A DNA stretch of 64,000 bases from an uncultured Clostridium sp. GTDB lineage: Bacteria > Bacillota > Clostridia > TANB77 > CAG-508. The translations under genes and the position numbers were made by a program. Shown piece after piece: positions 48,993 through 58,258 of this stretch (its first letter is position 1; the number at the start of each line of letters is the position of its first letter). Under the pieces are notes generated by a model. The model was not told the origin of the DNA. It saw only the letters and a list, made by a program, of their open reading frames with translations, and did no database searches. The stretch spans positions 1,809-65,808 of the forward strand of contig CAMEWM010000004.1 in NCBI GenBank assembly GCA_945946655.1, written 5' to 3'.

Positions 48993-49340
48993 ATGGAAAA
49001 GAAAGTTCAAATTGGAATGTTATGTGAGATATACGGGAAGCTTTTAACTAAAAGACAATTAAGTATCCTGAATGATTATTGCAATGAAGATCTTTCATTA
49101 ACAGAAATTGCTGAAAATAACCATATAACAAGGCAAGCTGTTAACGACATTGTTAAGAAAGGAGAAAGTAAGCTTTTGGAATACGAACAAAAGCTGGGGA
49201 TTATGAAAAAGACAATAGATCAAGAAAAGCAAATCCAAAATATTCTTTCAGAACTAAGTAAGATTACAGATAGTTCATCTGATAAAAAGATTGAAAAAAT
49301 CTTAAATAGTGTAAGAAAAGAATTAATTAGCTTAAGCTAA
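48993..49340 (+). CDS. ylxM: YlxM-type putative HTH protein (UPF0122) preceding ffh
   Basis: YGKLLTKRQLSILNDYCNEDLSLTEIAENNHITRQAVNDIVKKGE is a sigma region-4-like HTH. Position upstream of ffh is conserved. Confidence 0.8.
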   Translation: MEKKVQIGMLCEIYGKLLTKRQLSILNDYCNEDLSLTEIAENNHITRQAVNDIVKKGESKLLEYEQKLGIMKKTIDQEKQIQNILSELSKITDSSSDKKIEKILNSVRKELISLS

Positions 49341-49385
49341 TAGTTAAGCTAGGATTTTACAATAGAAAAATGGAGGTTTTAGAAT

Positions 49386-50753
49386 ATGGCTTTTGAAGGA
49401 CTATCTTCTAAATTACAGGAATTCACAAAAAAATTAAGAGGAAAAACAAGAATTACAGAATCTGACTTAAAAGAAATGCTAAGAGAAGTAAAACTTGCCT
49501 TACTAGATGCCGATGTAAATTATAAAATAGTAAAAGAATTTACAGCCAGTATACAAGAAAAAGCCTTGGGCCAAGACGTTTTAAAATCTTTAACTCCTGG
49601 ACAACAAGTTGTTAAAATAGTAAAAGATGAATTAGTAGAGCTACTTGGAGGAACAGAGACAAGTATTAACTTTAGCCCTAATCCACCAACAATAATAATG
49701 TTAGTTGGACTTCAAGGCTCTGGTAAAACGACTACCGCAGGCAAACTTGCAAATTTACTAAGAAAAGAAGGTAAAAAGCCATTACTAGTAGCTTGTGATG
49801 TATACAGACCAGCTGCTATAAAACAATTACAAGTAGTAGGAGCTCAACTAAATATTCCAGTATTTGCAAACGAGAACTCAAAAGATGTTGTACATATAGC
49901 AAAGCAAGCTATGAATATAGCATATTCAAAAATGAATGACGTAATTATATTAGATACAGCAGGACGTTTACAAATTGATGAAGAACTTATGAATGAGCTA
50001 AAGAATGTAAAAGTAAATGTGCATCCACATGAAATACTATTAGTAGTAGATGCGATGACTGGACAAGAAGCGGTTAATGTTGCAAATGGTTTCAATGACG
50101 CTTTAGGAATTGATGGAGTTATACTTACCAAACTAGATGGTGATACTCGTGGTGGTGCGGCACTATCAGTAAAGAAAGTAACTGGTAAACCAATAAAATT
50201 TGCAGGTACTGGTGAAAAGTTAAGTGAACTTGAAGTATTTCATCCAGATAGAATGGCATCAAGAATCTTAGGCATGGGTGATGTCCTATCAATAATAGAA
50301 AAAGCAGAAGAATCATTTGATCAAGAAGAAGCAGAAAAGCTTACTAAACAATTAGCAAAAAGAGAGTTTGACTTAAATGATTATCTAGCTCAACTAAGAC
50401 AAGTAAAGAAAATGGGTTCATTTTCATCGTTATTAAAAATGGTACCAGGGATGGCTGATATAAAAGACTTGAAAGTTGATGATAAAGAATTTGTAAGAAT
50501 AGAGGCCATTATATGTTCTATGACAGATAAAGAAAGAAGAAACCCTAAAATATTAAATGGACAAAGAAGATTACGTATAGCCAAAGGTAGTGGAACAACT
50601 GTACAAGAAATAAACATATTTATGAAATCTTTTGAAATGACACAAAAAATGATGAAGCAGATGAAAGATAAAAAGTCGATAAAAAAGATGATGAATGAAA
50701 TGAAAAATATGGATCCAAAAGAAGTACAAAAACTTAAAGATTCAATAAAATAA
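49386..50753 (+). CDS. ffh: Signal recognition particle protein Ffh
   Basis: N domain, G domain (GLQGSGKTTT, DTAGR, TKLDGD) and a Met-rich M domain. Confidence 0.96.
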   Translation: MAFEGLSSKLQEFTKKLRGKTRITESDLKEMLREVKLALLDADVNYKIVKEFTASIQEKALGQDVLKSLTPGQQVVKIVKDELVELLGGTETSINFSPNPPTIIMLVGLQGSGKTTTAGKLANLLRKEGKKPLLVACDVYRPAAIKQLQVVGAQLNIPVFANENSKDVVHIAKQAMNIAYSKMNDVIILDTAGRLQIDEELMNELKNVKVNVHPHEILLVVDAMTGQEAVNVANGFNDALGIDGVILTKLDGDTRGGAALSVKKVTGKPIKFAGTGEKLSELEVFHPDRMASRILGMGDVLSIIEKAEESFDQEEAEKLTKQLAKREFDLNDYLAQLRQVKKMGSFSSLLKMVPGMADIKDLKVDDKEFVRIEAIICSMTDKERRNPKILNGQRRLRIAKGSGTTVQEINIFMKSFEMTQKMMKQMKDKKSIKKMMNEMKNMDPKEVQKLKDSIK

Positions 50754-50875
50754 AAATTAGTTTTTAATATTTTCCATGAACCAATGAGAAAAGGTGATAT
50801 CATTAAGCACTGTTCATAATGGTTCAAAAGGAAAATTTAAAATAAATAGTATAAACTTTGCGGAGGTGAAAATAA

Positions 50876-51109
50876 ATGGTAAAAATAAGATTACAAAGAG
50901 CAGGTGCAAAAAAGGCTCCATTCTATCACATTGTAGTTGCTGATTCAAGATCTCCAAGAGATGGTAGAATAGTAGAAAAAATTGGAACATATGATCCAAT
51001 GACAAATCCAGCAACAATAAAATTAGATAAGGAAAAAGTTGCAGCTTGGATTAAGAATGGTGCAAAACCAACAGATACAGTAAAAGCTTTAATAGAAAAG
51101 GCACAATAA
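50876..51109 (+). CDS. rpsP: 30S ribosomal protein S16
   Basis: [31 protein letters not shown] is a canonical S16 N-terminus. Confidence 0.95.
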   Translation: MVKIRLQRAGAKKAPFYHIVVADSRSPRDGRIVEKIGTYDPMTNPATIKLDKEKVAAWIKNGAKPTDTVKALIEKAQ

Positions 51110-51136
51110 TAGTGTGAAAAAGAAAGGCAAAATTGT

Positions 51137-51367
51137 ATGGAAGAAATTTTAAAGACAATAATTGAAAGTCTTGTAGACCAAAAAGATCAAATTCAAATCA
51201 CAAGAGTTGACGATGAAAAAGGAGTGCTTCTTAAAGTAAAAGTTGCAGAAAGTGATATGGGTAAGATTATTGGAAGGCAAGGTAGAATTGCAAAAGCAAT
51301 AAGAACTGTTATGAAAGCTGTTACATCTAAAGAACATAAAAAAGTTGGAATTATATTTGAGGAATAA
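51137..51367 (+). CDS. KH-domain RNA-binding protein (YlqC/UPF0109)
   Basis: 76 aa with GKIIGRQGRIAKAIRTVMKA (GxxG KH loop). Position between rpsP and rimM is conserved. Confidence 0.85.
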   Translation: MEEILKTIIESLVDQKDQIQITRVDDEKGVLLKVKVAESDMGKIIGRQGRIAKAIRTVMKAVTSKEHKKVGIIFEE

Positions 51368-51370
51368 GGA

Positions 51371-51877
51371 ATGAATAAATATTTAGAACTTGGACAGATC
51401 GTAAATACATTTGGAATAAAAGGACAAGTAAAAGTTAATCCTTTTACAGATGATATTAGGAGATTTGACGAACTAAAAGAAGTGTATATAGAAAAAAAGA
51501 ATGAATTAAAATTATTCCAGATAGAAAAAGTTAATTATAGCAAAAATATGGTTATTCTTAAGTTAAAAGGAATTGAAACTCCAGAAGAAGCTGAAAAGTT
51601 AAGAAGTAGCTATTTAAAAATAAATAGAAAAGATGCAAAAAAGCTTCCGGAAGGAACATATTATATAGCCGATTTAATAGGATTAGATGTATATACAGAT
51701 GAAAATAAATTGCTTGGAAAAGTAGATTACATATACAATACAGGCAGTAATGACATATATGTTGTAAAAGATGAGCAAGGTAAAGAAATATTATTACCAG
51801 CTATAAAAGATGTACTACAACAAGTAGATTTAGAAAATGGAAAGATAATAGTTCATATTATTGAAGGTTTAATTTAA
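51371..51877 (+). CDS. rimM: 16S rRNA processing protein RimM
   Basis: GQIVNTFGIKGQVKV, PRC-barrel C-terminus and conserved operon position. Confidence 0.88.
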   Translation: MNKYLELGQIVNTFGIKGQVKVNPFTDDIRRFDELKEVYIEKKNELKLFQIEKVNYSKNMVILKLKGIETPEEAEKLRSSYLKINRKDAKKLPEGTYYIADLIGLDVYTDENKLLGKVDYIYNTGSNDIYVVKDEQGKEILLPAIKDVLQQVDLENGKIIVHIIEGLI

Positions 51878-51891
51878 AAAGAGAGGTAAAA

Positions 51892-52608
51892 ATGAAATTT
51901 GATGTACTAACATTATTTCCAGAAATGTTTGAACCACTTAAACATAGCATTATTGAAAGAGCGTCTAAACAAAATTTTATAGATATTAATTTTATTAATA
52001 TTAGAGATTTTTCAAAGGACAAACATAAAAAAGTAGATGATACACCATATGGTGGTGGGGCAGGAATGGTTGTAAGAGCAGATGTTGTATATGACGCATA
52101 TCAGTCTGTAAAAGATGAAAGTTCAAAAGTTATATATTTATCTCCTCAAGGGAAAAAATTAAACCAATCAAAAGTTCAAGAATTATCTAAAGAGAAACAT
52201 TTAATTCTTCTATGTGGTCATTACGAAGGTATAGACCAAAGAGTTCTAGATGAAATTGTAGATGAAGAAATTTCTATTGGAGACTATGTTCTAACTGGGG
52301 GAGAGCTACCAGCAATGGTACTTATAGATTCAGTTAGTAGATATGTAGAGGGAGTATTAAGTATAGACTCTACAAAGGAAGAATCCTTTTCACAGGGCTT
52401 ATTAGAATATAGCCAGTACACAAGACCAGAAGAGTTTCTTGGTAAAACAGTTCCAGAGGTTCTAACTTCAGGAAATCATCAAAAGATAGATGAATGGAGA
52501 AGAAGAAGTTCTCTTATAAATACATTTTTGAAAAGACCAGAGCTTCTTAATCAAGAGGATATAATAGAAGCAGAAAGAATTATTTCAGAAGAGAAAGCTG
52601 AAAAATAA
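51892..52608 (+). CDS. trmD: tRNA (guanine37-N1)-methyltransferase TrmD
   Basis: FDVLTLFPEMF, DDTPYGGGAGMV, LLCGHYEGIDQRV and SIGDYVLTGGELPAMVLIDS motifs. Confidence 0.93.
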   Translation: MKFDVLTLFPEMFEPLKHSIIERASKQNFIDINFINIRDFSKDKHKKVDDTPYGGGAGMVVRADVVYDAYQSVKDESSKVIYLSPQGKKLNQSKVQELSKEKHLILLCGHYEGIDQRVLDEIVDEEISIGDYVLTGGELPAMVLIDSVSRYVEGVLSIDSTKEESFSQGLLEYSQYTRPEEFLGKTVPEVLTSGNHQKIDEWRRRSSLINTFLKRPELLNQEDIIEAERIISEEKAEK

Positions 52609-52637
52609 TAAATAAAAATTAAGAAAGGAGAATATCG

Positions 52638-53177
52638 ATGGATATCATAAAATCAATAGAACACGAACAATTGAAAAATAAGATTCCAGACCTTAAAGTT
52701 GGTGATACTGTAAGAGTACATCAAAGAATTAAGGAAGGAAACAGAGAAAGAATCCAAGTATTCGAAGGAATAATAATTAAGAAACAAGGTGGCGGAGTTA
52801 ACGCTACATTTACAGTAAGAAGAATTGCTTATGGAGTAGGAGTAGAAAAAACATTTTTAGTTCACTCTCCACTAGTTGAAAAAGTAGAAGTAGTAAGAGT
52901 TGGAAAAGCAAGAAGAGCAAAGTTATACTATTTAAGAAATAGAACTGGAAAAGCTGCTAAGACAAAGGAAAATGTTGGAGCTAAAATTGAATCTAAATAT
53001 ATTGATATTAAAGAGGATTTAACAGAAGAACCAGCACAAGTTGAAGAAGTTAAAGAAGAACCAGCTGTTGTAGAAGAAGCACCTAAAGCTGAAGAAAAAG
53101 TTGCTGAAACAGAAGTAAAAGCTGAAGAAGCTACTAAATCAGATGCTAAAGTTGAAGATAAAAAAGCTGATAAATAA
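52638..53177 (+). CDS. rplS: 50S ribosomal protein L19 with about 68-aa acidic/lysine-rich C-terminal extension
   Basis: The core is aa 1 to about 111 ([24 protein letters not shown]...RRAKLYYLR). It continues in frame through an E/K/A/V-rich low-complexity tail to 179 aa. Confidence 0.9.
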   Translation: MDIIKSIEHEQLKNKIPDLKVGDTVRVHQRIKEGNRERIQVFEGIIIKKQGGGVNATFTVRRIAYGVGVEKTFLVHSPLVEKVEVVRVGKARRAKLYYLRNRTGKAAKTKENVGAKIESKYIDIKEDLTEEPAQVEEVKEEPAVVEEAPKAEEKVAETEVKAEEATKSDAKVEDKKADK

Positions 53178-53179
53178 TT

Positions 53180-53214
53180 AAAAAGCCAAATAGAATTTTC
53201 TATTTGGCTTTTTT
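53180..53214. terminator. Bidirectional terminator between rplS and the convergent Lon-like gene
   Basis: aaaaagccaaataga-attt-tctatttggcttttt. Confidence 0.8.
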
Positions 53215-55603
53215 AGTATTCAGATTTATTACTTATTTTTGCATATTTTCTCAATTTAGCATAGGCTAAGCAGTTAACGCTGCCAGCAGGAAATCTTCCA
53301 GTATCGTCTTTTTTTCCAGCAGGAACTCCTGTTAATAATTCTATTCCTTGTTCAATTGTAGAAATTGCATATATATGGAATTTCTTATCTTTTACTGCTT
53401 CTATAACTTCATCTGATAAGTTTAAATTTTTTTCATTTAGTTTAGGAATCATTACACCATGAGATCCATCAAGACCTCTCATTTTACAAATTTTAAAGAA
53501 ACCTTCTATTTTTTCGTTAACTCCACCAATTGGTTGTATTTCACCTTTCTGATTTACAGATCCCGTAACAGCTATTGATTGATTAATTGGAATTCCAGAT
53601 AAACTAGATAAAATTGCATATAACTCTGTACTTGAAGCGCTATCACCATCAACGCCATTATACAGTTGTTCAAAACATAAGCTTGCTGTTAAAGATAGAG
53701 GCATATCTTGTGCAAACATTTCACCTAGGTAACCCGTAAGGATTAATATACCCTTCGAATGAGTTGAACCAGACATTTCAACTTCTCTTTCAATATCTAT
53801 AATCCCACTTTTTCCAACATAAGTGTTGGCGGTGATTCTAGCAGGCAATCCAAAAGAATAATCTCCAATATTCATAACTGTTAGACCGTTTATCTGTCCA
53901 ACTTTAAAACCTTTTGTATCTATTAAAAGAGTACGATTATCGATCATTTCTGTATATTTTTCATTATACTTTTGAACTCTTTCAATTCTTTGAGCAAGAG
54001 CTTCATCAACAATACTTCCTGTGATAATTTTTTCCCTACGTAATTTTGCAAGTGTAGCAGCTTCACCAACTATTTGAGTAATTTCGCTAAATCTAGTTGA
54101 AAGTTTTGTTTGATCATCTGCGAGCCTTGATGCGTATTCTATAATTCTAGCCATACCAGATCTATCTAGTGGAGGCAATTCTTCGTTTTGGCAAAAACCT
54201 TGAACAACTCGTGCAAGCTTATTCATATTTTCTGCTGTTAAAGGTGCATCATCTTCAAACTCAACTTTAATTTTAAATAATTTTCTAAAATCAGCATCTA
54301 CAGAGATTAAAGCTTGATACAATGATTCATTGCCAATTAAAACAACTTTTAAATTAAGAGGAATAGGTTCAGGTTTTAGAGAAACCATAACCATAGATGA
54401 ATGCTGATCAACTAAATTTTCAATTCCTAATTCTTTTGTTCTTAAAACTTTTTTGAATGTTTCGTAACAAGACTGATTTGCAACAAGGTCAGCTGCTTGC
54501 ATTATTAAATATCCACCATTAGCGATGTGGAGTAAACCAGGCTTTAACATTGTGTAATCTGTCTTTAGACTTCCATAATAATTCTCATATTCTAACTTAC
54601 CAAAAATATTAGGGTATGAATAGTTAGAATCCATTATAACAGGAGCACCTTCAGCTTTACTATTATCTATAAATAAATTTACTCTATAGTTTAACCAAGG
54701 TCTTTGAACTTCCTGTTTTTGTGATTGCGCATTAGATTTATTATTGTCATCTGCTATTAAAAAAGCACTTACATTTTTTAAAATATCTTTTTTTATATCA
54801 TCTAGAAATTTTGTTATTTTTCTATTTCTTTTAAAGTTAGATTTAATGTAATTTATATGTGCATTAACTGTCAAAAGTGCAACATTAGATTGCCATTCAT
54901 TAATCTTTTTATCAGACTCTGATTGAATAGCTTTAATCTGAGAAATTGCTTCCATAACATGTTGTTGAACAATAGTAGACTTATCTTCAAATTCCTTTTT
55001 AGTATCATCATCTAATTTTTCAAATTCTTCTTCTTCAATAGTCTTCCCATTAATAACTGGCATCATATAAATCCCATTAGTTGCAGACTTTACTTGGAAA
55101 CCGTATTGAGAAGAGGTTTCGTTAAGCTTATCCATTAATGCGGATCTCTTTGAATCATATTCTTGTTTAATTAATGCTTTTTCTTTTTCGAAATCCTCGT
55201 TGTTAAAGGTTTCTTTTATATCATGTTTAATATCTTTAATAAATCTATCCATTGCATCTCTAAATTCTTTTCCCTGACCAGCTGGAAGAGAAAGAGCAAT
55301 AGGTTCATTAGGATTATCAAAATTATAAATATAACACCAATCTTGAGGTATTTTCTTCTTTTTAGAAATGCTGTCTAGATAGTGTTTAGTGTACATTGTT
55401 TTGCCAACTCCACTTGGACCTTCAATATATAGATTATATCCATTAATATCAACATTAAGCCCAAACTCTAATGCTTTAATACCTCTATCTTGACCGATAC
55501 CGGTTGAAATAGGCTCTAAATTCTCTGTTGTTTCGAATTTAAAAAGGTTTGGGTTACATGTGGATTTTAAGTTTTTATAAGAAAGTTCATATTGGTTCTT
55601 CAT
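53213..55603 (-). CDS. Lon-like AAA+ protease (AAA_32-type ATPase with long helical insertion plus Lon S16 proteolytic domain)
   Basis: Walker A GPSGVGKT. C-terminal Lon domain GDSASSTELYAILSSLSGIPINQSIAVTGSVNQKGEIQPIGGVNEKIEGF (catalytic Ser context). ATG at 55603 follows SD aggagga. Confidence 0.8.
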   Translation of the reverse strand: MKNQYELSYKNLKSTCNPNLFKFETTENLEPISTGIGQDRGIKALEFGLNVDINGYNLYIEGPSGVGKTMYTKHYLDSISKKKKIPQDWCYIYNFDNPNEPIALSLPAGQGKEFRDAMDRFIKDIKHDIKETFNNEDFEKEKALIKQEYDSKRSALMDKLNETSSQYGFQVKSATNGIYMMPVINGKTIEEEEFEKLDDDTKKEFEDKSTIVQQHVMEAISQIKAIQSESDKKINEWQSNVALLTVNAHINYIKSNFKRNRKITKFLDDIKKDILKNVSAFLIADDNNKSNAQSQKQEVQRPWLNYRVNLFIDNSKAEGAPVIMDSNYSYPNIFGKLEYENYYGSLKTDYTMLKPGLLHIANGGYLIMQAADLVANQSCYETFKKVLRTKELGIENLVDQHSSMVMVSLKPEPIPLNLKVVLIGNESLYQALISVDADFRKLFKIKVEFEDDAPLTAENMNKLARVVQGFCQNEELPPLDRSGMARIIEYASRLADDQTKLSTRFSEITQIVGEAATLAKLRREKIITGSIVDEALAQRIERVQKYNEKYTEMIDNRTLLIDTKGFKVGQINGLTVMNIGDYSFGLPARITANTYVGKSGIIDIEREVEMSGSTHSKGILILTGYLGEMFAQDMPLSLTASLCFEQLYNGVDGDSASSTELYAILSSLSGIPINQSIAVTGSVNQKGEIQPIGGVNEKIEGFFKICKMRGLDGSHGVMIPKLNEKNLNLSDEVIEAVKDKKFHIYAISTIEQGIELLTGVPAGKKDDTGRFPAGSVNCLAYAKLRKYAKISNKSEY

Positions 55604-55674
55604 TAGTAAATTCCTCCTATATTTTATCTTTTTAGTATATCTTATTAAAAATTGATGAACTTTTAAATAAACTA

Positions 55675-56130
55675 TCAATTTAAAAATGACAGTGACATCA
55701 ATATAGCATCATATGTATTATTGTAATATTTTTTTCTTAAACCGACTTCTTTGAAATTATACTTTTTATAAAAATTAATTGCAATAGAATTTTGAGCATT
55801 TACCTCTAAATTTAAAGATTTTAATTTAACTGATTTACAATAAGTAATCAAATATTCTAGAATGGACGATGCGATACCTAAGCTACGCATATTTTTTTTT
55901 GTTACGATATTCATTAAATCTGCTTCATCTAAAACAATTTTTATACCAGCAAAACCAACAATAGTATTGTCAGAACTTCTAGCTACGATATATTTAGAAA
56001 AAGAAGAAGAGAGTTCTTCTTTAAAAGTAGTATAGTCCCAAAATTCATCAAAATCAGATTGCAAAATATCTTTTATTTCATCGAGATCATTAAAAGTCAT
56101 TGGCAGTATTTTTAGATTATTTTTCTCCAT
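55675..56130 (-). CDS. rimI: Ribosomal-protein-alanine N-acetyltransferase RimI (GNAT)
   Basis: 151 aa with GNAT motif A (NMRSLGIASSILEYL). tsaE-tsaB-rimI order is conserved. Confidence 0.78.
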   Translation of the reverse strand: MEKNNLKILPMTFNDLDEIKDILQSDFDEFWDYTTFKEELSSSFSKYIVARSSDNTIVGFAGIKIVLDEADLMNIVTKKNMRSLGIASSILEYLITYCKSVKLKSLNLEVNAQNSIAINFYKKYNFKEVGLRKKYYNNTYDAILMSLSFLN

Positions 56131-56833
56131 CTTTTGCCCTTTCTGCTTGAGATTTTCTTAGATAAAGAGGGGAGATATAGTTTGAATCTCCATATAATCC
56201 ATTTAAGTATTTATCATAAGCACATCTTGCTAAAGATATACTAGATTGTAAATTATTGTTTGAAAATATAATTTTATGGTCTGAAAATTTTTCTTCAATT
56301 AATTCTTTATATAAAATACTTCCATCTCCAATAAATGTTATATTGCTAGATGAATTTAAATATTGTGAAAAATTATCTAAAGCTGTAATTATATTCTCTG
56401 CAATATTATTCCCAATTTGAGTATAAGTATTATTTTCATGCGAAAATAATGCTGCATAAACGTTTTGATTCTTGCAATCTATAATTGGAAAAATTAAAGA
56501 ATTATCATCTTCATTATAAGCTAAGCTTTCAAGAGAAGTAACTCCAACAGTAGCAATATTCTTCGCATCTGCAAATGCTTTCATTGTTGCAATTCCAATT
56601 CTGATACCAGTAAAAGAACCGGGGCCTAAACAACATGCAAGTAAATTTATATCATTCAAAGATAAATGATGTTCTCTTAAAGCTTCATCTATCATAGGCA
56701 TCAGCTTTTGTGAGTGAGTTTTCTCATCATCGTTATTTTTTTCTACTAATATATTAAAATTTTTATTTTCTTCAACTTCAACAATTGCTACAGAACAATT
56801 TTTAGAAGAAGTATCAACTGCTAATATTTTCAT
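56117..56833 (-). CDS. tsaB: tRNA t6A37 threonylcarbamoyl transfer protein TsaB
   Basis: MKILAVDTSS and GPGSFTGIRIGIATMKAFA motifs, between tsaE and rimI. Confidence 0.85.
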   Translation of the reverse strand: MKILAVDTSSKNCSVAIVEVEENKNFNILVEKNNDDEKTHSQKLMPMIDEALREHHLSLNDINLLACCLGPGSFTGIRIGIATMKAFADAKNIATVGVTSLESLAYNEDDNSLIFPIIDCKNQNVYAALFSHENNTYTQIGNNIAENIITALDNFSQYLNSSSNITFIGDGSILYKELIEEKFSDHKIIFSNNNLQSSISLARCAYDKYLNGLYGDSNYISPLYLRKSQAERAKDGEK

Positions 56834-57258
56834 TTATTAATTTCCTCAATTCTTAGTCTTCTTAAATCAACATCTTCTAAATCCCTTGAAAATGTAATTT
56901 TGATATATGTAGCTGGAAGTATTTCTTCAATCATTTCACCCCATTCAAAAATACAAATACCATTTTGTAAATATTCTTCTCCACCAATAGCGTAAAATTC
57001 ATCGATATCTGATAATCTATATAAATCAAAGTGATAAATTTTTTGATTATTTGCATCGTACTCATTTACGATAGTAAAGGTAGGACTGGAAATTTCATTT
57101 TCTAATCCAAAATATTTTAATATACCTTCAGTAAATTTCGTCTTTCCTGAACCTAAATCTCCTGATAAAACTATGGTAGAATGACTATTTAATTTTGATG
57201 CAAATTTACTTGCAAACTCTATAGTGTCATTTTCTGAATGTGAAATAAACTCGTACAT
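56830..57258 (-). CDS. tsaE: tRNA t6A37 ATPase TsaE
   Basis: 142 aa with LSGDLGSGKTKFTEGI (P-loop), SPTFTIVNEY and YHFDLYRL motifs. Confidence 0.88.
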   Translation of the reverse strand: MYEFISHSENDTIEFASKFASKLNSHSTIVLSGDLGSGKTKFTEGILKYFGLENEISSPTFTIVNEYDANNQKIYHFDLYRLSDIDEFYAIGGEEYLQNGICIFEWGEMIEEILPATYIKITFSRDLEDVDLRRLRIEEINK

Positions 57259-57348
57259 ATAAATTCTCCCGTAAATATATCTGTCCTTATTTTATATTAA
57301 TATGACATAATTTGCAAGAGTAAAGCAATATATAAATTACAATTTTAA

Positions 57349-57377
57349 TTGACAAAATGGTTTATAAAAATTATAAT
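57349..57377 (+). promoter_or_regulatory. Consensus sigma-A promoter P1 upstream of the DUF4190 gene
   Basis: TTGACA (57349-54), a 17-nt spacer, then TATAAT (57372-77). Confidence 0.5.
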
Positions 57378-57432
57378 CTAATAAGATAATGGAGAAAAAC
57401 TATGATTTTATTGCTCTTGCTATAAAAACTAA

Positions 57433-57461
57433 TTGACAATTATTAACATAAAAAGTATAAT
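57433..57461 (+). promoter_or_regulatory. Consensus sigma-A promoter P2 upstream of the DUF4190 gene
   Basis: TTGACA (57433-38), a 17-nt spacer, then TATAAT (57456-61). Confidence 0.5.
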
Positions 57462-57486
57462 TATATAGAATGTGGGAGGTATTGAA

Positions 57487-57858
57487 ATGGGAGTAGCTGC
57501 TTTAATATTAGGTATTGTATCAACAATATTCGGATTTGTTCCATTTTGTGGAATAATAGCGTTTGTTCCAGCAGTGGTAGGGCTAATATTAGGTATTATT
57601 GATATAGTACAAAAATCAAAGAAAAATGAACCAAGGGGAATGGCAATTGCAGGAGTTATATTAACAGGAATTGCTATTATAGTAATTAGCTTATGGACAT
57701 TTATTTTTAGTGCAATTTTTATAGGAACAGCCGATTATTTAGATAATAATCAAGATGAAATTTCTACATATTTTAATGATGAAATAGATACTTGGGAAGA
57801 CTTTGGTCACGATTTTTTAGATAATTATTATTCAAACTATTATGAAGAAAGTTTATAA
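57487..57858 (+). CDS. DUF4190-like small membrane protein
   Basis: Two or three TM helices (AALILGIVSTIFGFVPFCGIIAFV...) and an acidic tail. ATG at 57487 follows SD gggagg. Confidence 0.55.
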   Translation: MGVAALILGIVSTIFGFVPFCGIIAFVPAVVGLILGIIDIVQKSKKNEPRGMAIAGVILTGIAIIVISLWTFIFSAIFIGTADYLDNNQDEISTYFNDEIDTWEDFGHDFLDNYYSNYYEESL

Positions 57859-58246
57859 GATTATAAAAGAAAATTACATATATATAAATATTACTTTTTT
57901 AATTTTATCTATATATGTAATTTTTTTCCCTATAATATCAACTTTAATCCAGAAAATAATACCTCAATTTGGAATATGTCCATATTTGGCTATTACAGGG
58001 AAGCAATGTCCTTTATGTGGAGGGACAAGATATATACAAAATCTACCTGAAGTTAGTAGGAATATTACATATTTATTTAATCCTTTTGGAATAATCATAA
58101 TCATGATACTTATAGAGATAATATTCAGAATTATAAATATCATATTAAGACAAAAATCTGACAAAGTAATTAGATTTGATATAATTATACATATTATAGA
58201 AGGCATAGTGTTTGTTGGCTATGAAATATTATTTTTTATAGTATAA
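57842..58246 (+). CDS. DUF2752-like membrane protein
   Basis: 134 aa with CPYLAITGKQCPLCGGTR Cys motif and flanking TM helices. Overlaps the preceding gene by 17 nt. Confidence 0.6.
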   Translation: MKKVYKIIKENYIYINITFLILSIYVIFFPIISTLIQKIIPQFGICPYLAITGKQCPLCGGTRYIQNLPEVSRNITYLFNPFGIIIIMILIEIIFRIINIILRQKSDKVIRFDIIIHIIEGIVFVGYEILFFIV

Positions 58247-58258
58247 AGGAGACCTTTA

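Noticed and set aside
53213-55603. Lon-like protease as BrxL of a BREX defence system
   Set aside because: No PglZ, BrxC/PglY, methyltransferase or other BREX genes are nearby. The gene sits in a conserved housekeeping context next to rimI-tsaB-tsaE, and its architecture fits the general Lon-like AAA_32 family.
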